Below, in pieces: positions 1 to 7,916 of a DNA stretch of 32,000 bases (within the stretch, counting starts at the first letter, position 1; every line of letters begins with the position of its first letter). The notes beneath the pieces were generated by a model. The model did not search any database. It was given only the letters and a program-made list of their open reading frames with translations, and was not told the origin of the DNA. A program made the translations under genes and the position numbers. The DNA comes from Erysipelotrichaceae bacterium (lineage in GTDB: Bacteria; Bacillota_I; Bacilli_A; Erysipelotrichales; Coprobacillaceae): assembly GCA_028698185.1 (NCBI GenBank), contig JAQVDW010000008.1:49741-81740 (forward strand). Reading direction: 5' to 3'.

Positions 1-351
1 CTCAAAGAAGCCAGCGAACAGTCGCACCGGAATCTAATCCCGGTCCTCGACGATCTGATCACAGTCGAGCAGGTCAAACAATACCAGGGTGATTACAATG
101 TGGTTGCCTATGAACAGACGGCCAAAGACAAGGTCCATGGCGGTTTCAAGGAAGTGTTGGAAAATGTGGAACCAGGACAGACAATCAATGTGATCGTCGG
201 GTCCGAGGGAGGATTTTCCCAGGCTGAGGTCGACTATTTCAACCACAACAGCTACAACAATATCTCGCTTGGCAAGCGTATCCTAAGATCCGAGACAGCG
301 CCCCTTTATATCCTTAGCGCCATCGGCCTGTTTCGCGAGGTGGTAAGATGA
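1..351 (+). CDS. rsmE: 16S rRNA (uracil1498-N3)-methyltransferase RsmE, 3' part (5' end outside window)
   Basis: Frame 1 is open from base 1 to TGA at 349-351. The translation carries RsmE C-terminal motifs VGSEGGFSQAE and LGKRILRSETAPLYILSAI. It lies upstream of mtaB, as in the Bacillus yqeU-yqeV arrangement. Confidence 0.8.
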   Translation, partial: LKEASEQSHRNLIPVLDDLITVEQVKQYQGDYNVVAYEQTAKDKVHGGFKEVLENVEPGQTINVIVGSEGGFSQAEVDYFNHNSYNNISLGKRILRSETAPLYILSAIGLFREVVR

Positions 352-1109
352 TCATTGAGCTTCTAAACCACTATGCCCGCAGCCATGATTTTACCAAGTC
401 CCAGCTGCACGGAGCGTATCGAAAGAAGCGACAGCTGCTCAAGGATTATGGTTTTGACTTCAAAATCAAAAACAGCTTTGATCTCTATACCTTTGAGATA
501 ATATCTCGCGGTTTTGAAAACGAACAAGCGATAAATGACGCCATCAACCTGCTCAAAAACCAGAATGAGGACGTCCTGCGCCATTTGAATTATCAAGAAC
601 GCCAGCGTTTTTTTCATCAGGAAATCGGCCGTATTGTCGAAAACCTCCCTTGTTTTAGCTATGGGTGCGACATCTACATTCCTTATTACAACCGCAAAGT
701 CAACGAGTACATTGTGAGTGACTACGAAGCCCTGGGCTTGAAAAAATATCAGCTGATCCTAAAAAACCCGGACCGCAACCAACTGGATATTTTCAAACAT
801 TACGGGTTGGCGCCATATGCCGGTGATTTTTGCGACCTGGAGCGATTAGGTGAAAATGATGGTAGGGTTGCCTTCTATTCCCGGGAGTTCAATTTGATCT
901 ATTTCATCTCGAAAGAAGACCTTCAAATCCAGGAACTCGTCCTCAAGGACAAGTGGTTTAAAGGCGATTATACAAGAGAACAGATCGAAACATTGGCAGG
1001 AATGATCATTAGTGATGAGGATGATATCCTTATCTACGATTATCTAGCTCAGGAAAATCTTTTGAGCGACAAATTTATCAAGAAAACGGAGAAAAAATGG
1101 AGAAAGTAA
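348..1109 (+). CDS. hypothetical protein (253 aa), no family recognised
   Basis: ATGA start/stop overlap with rsmE and a 13-nt overlap with the mtaB start imply translational coupling. It is a long ORF with no competing frame. I can name no motif in it. Confidence 0.6.
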   Translation: MIIELLNHYARSHDFTKSQLHGAYRKKRQLLKDYGFDFKIKNSFDLYTFEIISRGFENEQAINDAINLLKNQNEDVLRHLNYQERQRFFHQEIGRIVENLPCFSYGCDIYIPYYNRKVNEYIVSDYEALGLKKYQLILKNPDRNQLDIFKHYGLAPYAGDFCDLERLGENDGRVAFYSREFNLIYFISKEDLQIQELVLKDKWFKGDYTREQIETLAGMIISDEDDILIYDYLAQENLLSDKFIKKTEKKWRK

Positions 1110-2395
1110 AAAAAGTAGCCTTCCATACCCTAGGCTGCAAAGTCAACAGTTATGAATCAGAGGCGATGCTCGAGCTGTTCAAAGAAGCAGGCTACCAGGA
1201 AGCCGAATTCAAAGATGAAAGCGACGTCTATATAATAAATACCTGCACCGTGACCAACACCGGTGACCGGAAATCCCGACAGATAATCCGCCAGGCAATC
1301 AAGCGCAACCCGGATGCTGTAGTCTGTGTTGTGGGCTGCTATGCCCAGGTGTCCAAGGACGAGGTCCTGGCAATCGAAGGTGTCGGGGTTATCATCGGAA
1401 CCCGCTACAAGGACGGGATTGTCGATTTGGTCAATGAGCATCTAAGAACCGGGGAAGTGGTTGTCAAGATAGATGATGTGCTGCGTCTAAGTGAGTTCGA
1501 GGAATTGGAGATCCACAATTTCAAAAACACCCGGGCCTTTTTGAAAATCCAGGATGGCTGCAACAATTTCTGTACTTACTGCATCATCCCATACAGCCGT
1601 GGGAAGCTGCGTTCCCGCGACCGGGAAAGCGTCCTGGCCCAGGCCAAGGAGCTAGTTTCCAAGGGGTTTGTGGAAATCGTCCTTACCGGAATCCATACCG
1701 CCGGCTATGGCGAGGATTTTGGCGACTACGATTTTGGCGATCTGCTTGAAGAACTTTCCGGAGTTCCCGGGTTGAAAAGACTGCGGATTTCCTCGATCGA
1801 GACGAGCCAGATTACTGACAAGATTGTCGGGCTTATCAGCGAAAACAAAGTGATTGTCGACCACCTCCATGTGCCAATCCAGGCCGGAAGCGACGAGATT
1901 CTCAAGAAGATGCGCCGCAAATACACCCTTGAGCAGTTCGAGGAGCGTATCGCCGCCCTGCGCGAGAAGGTGCCCAACATGGCCCTGTCGACCGACATCA
2001 TTGTCGGGTTCCCCGGGGAAACCGACGAGTTGTTTGAAAAGACTGTGGCAACATTGAAGCGGATCAATTTCATGCAGCTTCATGTCTTCCCTTATTCGAG
2101 AAGAAAAAACACCCCTGCCGCGAATATGGCAAACCAGGTAGAAGAACAAGTCAAGAAGCGGCGGGTCAGCGAACTTGTCGCCCTTTCAAAAGAGCTGACC
2201 GCCAAGTATGCCCGGGCGAATCTTGATGTTATCCAGGATGTCCTGTTCGAGTCGCGCGAAGGCGATTACCTTGTCGGCCACAGTTCGAATTATCTGAAAA
2301 TCAAGGTGGCGACCGATGCCTATCTGATCGGCCAAATCGTGCCGGTCCGCCTGGTCAATATCGAGGATGAGCTGATTGGAGAGATAGTGAAATGA
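1097..2395 (+). CDS. mtaB: radical-SAM methylthiotransferase, MtaB-type (tRNA ms2t6A37)
   Basis: 432 aa. N-terminal MTTase domain (VAFHTLGCKVNSYESE) and radical-SAM CxxxCxxC (DGCNNFCTYC). The MtaB versus MiaB choice rests on the rsmE-linked context. Confidence 0.8.
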   Translation: MEKVKKVAFHTLGCKVNSYESEAMLELFKEAGYQEAEFKDESDVYIINTCTVTNTGDRKSRQIIRQAIKRNPDAVVCVVGCYAQVSKDEVLAIEGVGVIIGTRYKDGIVDLVNEHLRTGEVVVKIDDVLRLSEFEELEIHNFKNTRAFLKIQDGCNNFCTYCIIPYSRGKLRSRDRESVLAQAKELVSKGFVEIVLTGIHTAGYGEDFGDYDFGDLLEELSGVPGLKRLRISSIETSQITDKIVGLISENKVIVDHLHVPIQAGSDEILKKMRRKYTLEQFEERIAALREKVPNMALSTDIIVGFPGETDELFEKTVATLKRINFMQLHVFPYSRRKNTPAANMANQVEEQVKKRRVSELVALSKELTAKYARANLDVIQDVLFESREGDYLVGHSSNYLKIKVATDAYLIGQIVPVRLVNIEDELIGEIVK

Positions 2396-3876
2396 AAAAA
2401 CTAAATGAGCTGTTCGATTGTGAGTACGATGCGAAGATCTATTCGATCCATTCGGATTCTCGCTATGTCAAGAGAAACTCGCTGTTTTTTTGCATCGAGG
2501 GATTGACCGTCGATGGCCATCAGTATATCGATGACGCCATTTTCCAGGGTGCAATCGCAATAGTTCATTCCAAAAAGCTTCCTTATTATCGCTCTGACAT
2601 CATCTATCTCAAGGTCGATGACGTCAAAGCCCAACTCAACCGGGTAGCCAACATCTTCTTTGACTATCCTTCGACCAAAATGAAGACAATCGGGGTGACC
2701 GGTTCCGGGGGCAAGACGACCCTGGCGACATTGATCGACCAGGCCCTGGCCCACAAGTTCAAGACCGGTTACTTCGGCTCGGACCGTCTTAGCTATGACG
2801 GGATGGATCTGCGCCAGCCCCTGGCCACCCCCGAGGTCATCTATCTCCACCAGCATCTTTCGCGGATGGTGTCGCGTGATGTCGAGTTGGTGGCAATCGA
2901 GGTTTCAAGCATCGGGTTGGTTCTTGAGAGGTATACGGATATCCAGTTTGACATCGCGGTGATGACCTCGATCGAACCCCGCCATTTGGAGTTCCATGGC
3001 ACCTTCGAGGAATATCTGGAGGCCAAATTGTCATTGTTCAGCCAGCTTGAGGAAGACTGCCAAGCGATACTCAACGAGGATGACAAGTATTTCGACAAGT
3101 TCAAAAGGGCAACAAGGGCCAATATAATAACCTATTCCCTGACGGACAAAAGCGATGTGTACGCGAAAAATCTTGACCTGTCATTGAAACAAAGCAAATT
3201 CATCCTATGTCTTGATGGTCAGGAGATCCCAGTGGTGACCAAACTGGTGGGAAGGTACAATCTTTATCATCTGTTGGCATTGGGGGCGATAATGAAGGCC
3301 TGCCAGGTCGATACCCTCAAGATCGGCGAGATAATCAATTCGCTCGACGTCGTCGGGGGCCGATATGAGGTTCTTGATCTCGACGAGAGCTTCGATGTGG
3401 CTGTCGACCACTGTCAGGAACTGTCAGATTACGAGCGGATATTCGATTTCGCTAGGAAATATGTGAAGGAAAAAGGGCGGATTATCGGGGTTTTTGGACC
3501 GTCGAGCTATCGGGGCAAACGCTACCGCGAACAGCTCGGTCGGATTGCCGACCGCTATCTCGACCACGCGATTTTGACCAATCAGGATGAACGGCTTGAA
3601 AATAGCGGAATCGAGAAAATATGTCTTGATGTCCAGAACAACCTTAAAAAGGCGACATCGATCATCATATCCCAGCGTCAGTTCGCCATTGAGCAGGCGA
3701 TCGAAATCGCCAGTCCTGATGATATCATCCTGGTCCTGGGCAAAGGCGAGGAACGGTTCATGGCTCTTGAGGTAGGGACAAGCTATTATGCAGGCGACAG
3801 GGAAGTGGTCCTGGAGTCAATCAGGCATGTCTATCATGACAATTACGAACCAAGCAACGATGAATTCATGTACTAA
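2392..3876 (+). CDS. murE: Mur ligase, MurE-like (UDP-MurNAc-L-Ala-D-Glu:diamino acid ligase)
   Basis: 494 aa. Mur ligase P-loop GVTGSGGKTT and the overall N-terminal/central/C-terminal Mur ligase layout. ATGA overlap with the mtaB stop. The usual DNPR specificity motif is replaced (see findings). Confidence 0.75.
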   Translation: MKKLNELFDCEYDAKIYSIHSDSRYVKRNSLFFCIEGLTVDGHQYIDDAIFQGAIAIVHSKKLPYYRSDIIYLKVDDVKAQLNRVANIFFDYPSTKMKTIGVTGSGGKTTLATLIDQALAHKFKTGYFGSDRLSYDGMDLRQPLATPEVIYLHQHLSRMVSRDVELVAIEVSSIGLVLERYTDIQFDIAVMTSIEPRHLEFHGTFEEYLEAKLSLFSQLEEDCQAILNEDDKYFDKFKRATRANIITYSLTDKSDVYAKNLDLSLKQSKFILCLDGQEIPVVTKLVGRYNLYHLLALGAIMKACQVDTLKIGEIINSLDVVGGRYEVLDLDESFDVAVDHCQELSDYERIFDFARKYVKEKGRIIGVFGPSSYRGKRYREQLGRIADRYLDHAILTNQDERLENSGIEKICLDVQNNLKKATSIIISQRQFAIEQAIEIASPDDIILVLGKGEERFMALEVGTSYYAGDREVVLESIRHVYHDNYEPSNDEFMY

Positions 3877-3907
3877 AAAACCGCACCCGTAAAAGGCGCG
3901 GTTTTTT
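3877..3907. terminator. bidirectional rho-independent terminator between murE and the PRD gene
   Basis: Stem AACCGCACC / GGCGCGGTT (one mismatch), loop CGTAAAA, flanked by an A-run upstream and a T-run downstream. Confidence 0.7.
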
Positions 3908-4580
3908 ACTTCTGTTTGGTCACGACGACAAAGTGCAGTGCCAAAAAGGCAACTTCATCATCATTGAATTCCATATCGATATCGTCCTTGATAACATCGC
4001 GCAGTTCTGCGGCCAGGTTGAACTCTCTCATATGCCGTTGTTTGATCTGGGCAGTCAGAGGGTTGGTCAATTGGCGGTTCTCTTGCAGACGCTCAAGGGC
4101 GGGTTCCAAGTGCAATCCGATTGAGACGATGAATTTCTGTTTGTTGCTGAAATCCACGTCGTATTTTTCTTTGATTCTAGTTAAAGCTGTTTTTATGTAA
4201 GTGTATGTTTGATCATCAAGCAAGTCAATTCCGGTTGTTATTTCCAAATCCAAAGCGTTGGTTTTTCTCAAATACATGGTCACCAATGATATCTCGTTTT
4301 CCGGGAACTCGATTGCATACTGGCTGGCGATTGAATCGCAGATATCCTTGGCTACCGGATACAGTTCATCTTCTTGATATTCGAGAACTTTCGCTTTTGA
4401 CAAAGGGATATAGTTCCTGTTTTGAATGCGGATCGTGGTGATGCTTAAATGAGTGGCTAAATTTTTCTTGGAATGGCTTGATAAAAAAATGTTGTTTTTT
4501 TCGACATTACTTGAAAGAATTTCTTGAACGTTGCTCTTAACTTCATTAAAGGACTCACTTGTCATAATCTTGGTTGACAT
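3906..4580 (-). CDS. stand-alone PRD-domain protein (two PRD modules, no CAT/HTH/EII domain)
   Basis: 224 aa. PRD-like segments: LATHLSITTIRIQNR ... ENEISLVTMYL, and SIGLHLEPALERLQENRQLTNPL ... DDEVAFLALHF, the second with both conserved His positions. GGAGG RBS upstream of the ATG. Confidence 0.7.
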   Translation of the reverse strand: MSTKIMTSESFNEVKSNVQEILSSNVEKNNIFLSSHSKKNLATHLSITTIRIQNRNYIPLSKAKVLEYQEDELYPVAKDICDSIASQYAIEFPENEISLVTMYLRKTNALDLEITTGIDLLDDQTYTYIKTALTRIKEKYDVDFSNKQKFIVSIGLHLEPALERLQENRQLTNPLTAQIKQRHMREFNLAAELRDVIKDDIDMEFNDDEVAFLALHFVVVTKQK

Positions 4581-4796
4581 TTAATACCTCCAAATTTTTA
4601 TATAAATCCACTATAATATATTAGTTCATAAAAATAAAGGAAAATTTCAAAATATTTAAGCGATATCACTGGAAATTATTTAGAAAAAGGTATATAGTGT
4701 ATGTGCTAGTGGGAAAACAAGTTTCAAAATTTTTTCACAAGGTGGAAAATTCGTGTTAAGTGCTAGTAAAAATTAATATGGGGGTATTAAAATTAG

Positions 4797-6860
4797 ATGA
4801 ATTTCAAAAATGAATGGTCTGGATTTACTGCTGGTAAATGGATTAAAGAAATCGATTTAAGAGACTTTATCCAAAAGAACTACACTCCTTATGATGGAGA
4901 TGACAGCTTTTTAGCAGGTCCAACTGAATCAACAACAACATTATGGGATCAAGTAATGGAGTTGACTAAACAAGAAAGAGCCGCTGGTGGCGTTCTTGAT
5001 ATGGATACTAAAATCGTATCTACTTTGACTAGCCATGGAGCTGGTTACCTTAACAAAGATTTAGAAACAATTGTCGGATTCCAAACAGACAAACCTTTCA
5101 AACGTTCTTTACAGCCAAACGGTGGTATCCGTATGGCGGTTCAAGCTTGTAGAGACAATGGTTATGAAGTTGATCCACAAGTTGTGGAAATATTCACTAA
5201 ATACCGCAAAACACATAATGCTGGGGTATTTGACGTTTATACTGAAGACATGAGAGCTTGCCGTTCTTCACACATCATCACTGGATTGCCAGATGCTTAT
5301 GGTCGTGGAAGAATCATCGGTGACTACCGTCGTGTCGCATTATATGGTACCGATCGCCTGATCGAAGACAAAAACTGGCAAAAAGATACTACAAGAGTCC
5401 GTATGGACCCTGAAAACATCCAATTGCGTGAAGAATTGTCTGAACAAATGCGTGCATTGAAAGAATTGAAAGAAATGGCTGCTTCTTACGGTTTTGACAT
5501 TTCAAAACCCGCAAAAGACGTTAAGGAAGCAATCCAATGGTTATACTTCGGATATTTGGCTGCCGTTAAGGAACAAAACGGTGCTGCAATGTCTTTGGGT
5601 AGAACTTCCACTTTCATCGACATCTATGCTCAACGTGACTTGGATAACGGTACTTACACTGAGGAACAAATCCAAGAATTCATCGACCATTTCATCATGA
5701 AATTGCGTCTTGTAAAATTCGCCCGTACTCCTGATTACAACGCAATCTTCGCCGGAGACCCAACTTGGGTAACTGAATCAATCGGAGGTGTCGGTGTTGA
5801 TGGACGTCACTTGGTAACAAAATCATCTTTCCGTTACCTGCACACATTGATTAACTTGGGAACTTCTCCTGAACCAAACTTGACAGTATTATGGTCAACT
5901 CGTTTGCCACAAGAATTCAAAAAATTCTGTGCTAAAATCTCAATCGAAACCTCATCTATCCAATATGAAAATGATGATTTGATGCGCGTTTCTCATGGTG
6001 ATGACTACGCTATCGCATGTTGCGTATCTTCAATGAGATTAGGAAAAGAAATGCAATTCTTCGGAGCCCGTGCCAACCTGGCTAAATGTTTGTTATACGC
6101 AATCAACGGTGGTGTCGATGAAAAATCCAAAAAACAAGTCGGACCTAAATTCCGTCCTGTAACTTCAGAATATCTTGACTATGATGATGTAATTGAAAAA
6201 TATGAGGACATGATGAAATGGTTGGCTGATGTTTATGTCAACTCATTAAACATCATCCACTACATGCATGACAAATATGCATACGAAAGAATCCAAATGG
6301 CGTTGCATGACCGTGAAGTAAAACGTTACTTCGCAACTGGTATCGCTGGTCTTTCAGTAGTAGCAGACTCACTTTCAGCAATCAAGTACGCTAAAGTAAA
6401 AGTAATCCGCGACGAATCAGGATTAGCTGTTGACTATCAAGTTGAAGGTGACTTCCCAACTTACGGAAACGATGATGACCGTGTTGACGAAATCGCCAAC
6501 TGGTTAGTTCATACTTTCATGGGATATGTAAAAACTCACTTCACATACAGAAATTCAGTACCAACTACTTCAATCTTGACAATCACTTCTAATGTCGTAT
6601 ATGGTAACGCAACAGGAAACACTCCTGATGGCCGTAAAGCCGGTGAACCATTCGCGCCAGGTGCCAACCCAATGCACGGTCGTGACAAATCAGGAGCGGT
6701 ATCTTCATTGGCTTCAGTTGCCAAATTACCATTCGCTGATGCTCAAGATGGTATTTCAAACACTTTCTCAATCATTCCTGGAGCTTTAGGTAAAGATGAT
6801 CAAGTATTCATGGGTGACCTTGAAGTTGATCTTAATCTTGAAGATTTAGATAACAAATAA
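4797..6860 (+). CDS. pflB: pyruvate formate-lyase (formate C-acetyltransferase) catalytic body, lacking the C-terminal glycyl-radical domain
   Basis: 687 aa. PflB-like from [23 protein letters not shown] through the Cys-Cys active site AIACCVSS to [14 protein letters not shown]. It then ends in an acidic tail and a stop, with no RVSGY motif. Codon usage is strongly biased (AT-rich third positions, cgt/ggt/aaa). Confidence 0.9.
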   Translation: MNFKNEWSGFTAGKWIKEIDLRDFIQKNYTPYDGDDSFLAGPTESTTTLWDQVMELTKQERAAGGVLDMDTKIVSTLTSHGAGYLNKDLETIVGFQTDKPFKRSLQPNGGIRMAVQACRDNGYEVDPQVVEIFTKYRKTHNAGVFDVYTEDMRACRSSHIITGLPDAYGRGRIIGDYRRVALYGTDRLIEDKNWQKDTTRVRMDPENIQLREELSEQMRALKELKEMAASYGFDISKPAKDVKEAIQWLYFGYLAAVKEQNGAAMSLGRTSTFIDIYAQRDLDNGTYTEEQIQEFIDHFIMKLRLVKFARTPDYNAIFAGDPTWVTESIGGVGVDGRHLVTKSSFRYLHTLINLGTSPEPNLTVLWSTRLPQEFKKFCAKISIETSSIQYENDDLMRVSHGDDYAIACCVSSMRLGKEMQFFGARANLAKCLLYAINGGVDEKSKKQVGPKFRPVTSEYLDYDDVIEKYEDMMKWLADVYVNSLNIIHYMHDKYAYERIQMALHDREVKRYFATGIAGLSVVADSLSAIKYAKVKVIRDESGLAVDYQVEGDFPTYGNDDDRVDEIANWLVHTFMGYVKTHFTYRNSVPTTSILTITSNVVYGNATGNTPDGRKAGEPFAPGANPMHGRDKSGAVSSLASVAKLPFADAQDGISNTFSIIPGALGKDDQVFMGDLEVDLNLEDLDNK

Positions 6861-6876
6861 GAAAGAAGGTATTAAG

Positions 6877-7092
6877 ATGTCTAAGGAACAAAATATTGAC
6901 GATTTGGTTAATATGTTGGATTCGATTGCCTCAAAAGGCGCTGGACATATTAATGTGATCGTTGAAAATCCTGAAGAGGTGGATTTGCAGGATGCCAGCA
7001 TAACCGAAGGCTGCAACTGCGAAATCGGCGATACTGCCTGCAAAATCCCGAACATGCCGCTATATGGCGAAGATGGATCGGACAAATATTAG
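6877..7092 (+). CDS. small protein: radical-less paralog of the N-terminal part of the PFL glycyl-radical domain with a Cys-rich acidic tail
   Basis: 71 aa, with GAAGG RBS 7 nt upstream. Residues 1-41 parallel the downstream module ([16 protein letters not shown] versus [16 protein letters not shown]). The tail is [30 protein letters not shown]. Confidence 0.55.
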   Translation: MSKEQNIDDLVNMLDSIASKGAGHINVIVENPEEVDLQDASITEGCNCEIGDTACKIPNMPLYGEDGSDKY

Positions 7093-7105
7093 AAGGAGAC
7101 AAACA

Positions 7106-7345
7106 ATGGCTAACGAACAACAAGTAGACAACCTAGTAAATATGTTGGATGGTTACGTTGAACAAGGTGGACATCACTTGAACGTCAACGTATTCAACCG
7201 TGAAACATTATTGGATGCCCAAGCTCATCCGGAAAAATACCCACAATTAACTGTGCGTGTCAGTGGATATGCGGTTAACTTTGTCAAACTGACAAAAGAA
7301 CAACAAAACGACGTAATCTCACGTACTTTCCACGAAGGTATGTAA
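7106..7345 (+). CDS. autonomous glycyl-radical domain protein (GrcA/YfiD-like; the detached C-terminus of PFL)
   Basis: 79 aa from the ATG at 7106, preceded by [65 protein letters not shown] contains the RVSGY glycyl radical signature. The track ORF start at 7064 overlaps the previous cistron and lacks an RBS. Confidence 0.9.
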   Translation: MANEQQVDNLVNMLDGYVEQGGHHLNVNVFNRETLLDAQAHPEKYPQLTVRVSGYAVNFVKLTKEQQNDVISRTFHEGM

Positions 7346-7350
7346 TAGTG

Positions 7351-7382
7351 AAACCTGGATCAATGTCCAGGTTTTTCTTTTT
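7351..7382 (+). terminator. rho-independent terminator of the pfl locus
   Basis: AAACCTGGA-tcaatg-TCCAGGTTT followed by a T-rich run, 6 nt after the stop. Confidence 0.8.
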
Positions 7383-7603
7383 CCTAAATTCCGGGGATTG
7401 AGTTTGGGGTCCCAGCGACTTTAAAGCGATATGAAAATAATATTTTAAAAAATATTTTTTTAAGATATGAAACTCCAGATTCAAGTTGCCCGAGTCCGCT
7501 TAATTATATTTCATTTCTCGAATTTGTTATTGATTTTTAAGGGAAAATATATAATAATATTCACGTAAAATTATTGATGAGATGAAAAGGAAAGTAAAGT
7601 AAA

Positions 7604-7864
7604 ATGAGTTTTTACAACACTAGAAATCGGCTTGGCGAAATAAAGTTCGATTATGAAGATGGTTTTGAAAATGAAGATGTTTTAGCTTATGAATTTGGTC
7701 TCGAATTGGATGAAAGTGATGAGGAAGAAATATACGATTTTACTAAAATCGTCAAAAGGATGTCAGGCGTGGAGTTGTTGGATATTTATCAATACAAGCA
7801 CGAACTTTCATCTACAGCCAATAATATAATTGTGAATGAAATGGCTCGAAGAAAACTGATATGA
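7604..7864 (+). CDS. hypothetical small acidic protein (86 aa)
   Basis: Own AAAGGAAAG RBS region and own terminator. About 20 Asp/Glu, including the run DESDEEE. No family recognised. Confidence 0.5.
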   Translation: MSFYNTRNRLGEIKFDYEDGFENEDVLAYEFGLELDESDEEEIYDFTKIVKRMSGVELLDIYQYKHELSSTANNIIVNEMARRKLI

Positions 7865-7866
7865 TT

Positions 7867-7895
7867 GATGCCGCCTATGGCTGCATCTTTTTTTT
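7867..7895 (+). terminator. rho-independent terminator
   Basis: GATGCCGCC-tat-GGCTGCATC (one mismatch) followed by T8. Confidence 0.7.
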
Positions 7896-7902
7896 GAATT
7901 TA

Positions 7903-7916
7903 TGATAACGTTTTCA
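7903..7916 (+). promoter_or_regulatory. catabolite-responsive element (cre, CcpA site) upstream of the PRD regulator gene
   Basis: TGATAACGTTTTCA fits TGWNANCGNTNWCA at every constrained position. An extended -10 (TGtTAAAAT, 7926-7934) follows. Confidence 0.6.

Noticed and set aside
4723-4740. Rex operator upstream of pflB
   Set aside because: Only the right half-site TTCACAA is present. The expected left half TTGTGAA reads TTCAAAA (4 of 7), which is not enough to call a site.
7064-7105. N-terminal extension ([14 protein letters not shown]) of the glycyl-radical module ORF
   Set aside because: It overlaps the 3' end of the 71-aa ORF and has no RBS. The strong AAGGAG sits in front of the ATG at 7106, and homology to PflB begins there.
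6858-7105. Split pfl as a trivial frameshift or sequencing error
   Set aside because: The two PFL parts are separated by 245 nt that contain a complete RBS-preceded ORF, and a second strong RBS precedes the radical module. A single indel cannot restore a continuous PflB. Read-level confirmation is still advisable.
7425-7470. AT-only inverted repeat AATATTTT-aa-AAAATATT downstream of the pfl terminator
   Set aside because: It is a low-complexity A/T sequence in an AT-rich spacer. Such palindromes arise by chance and no flanking feature gives it meaning.
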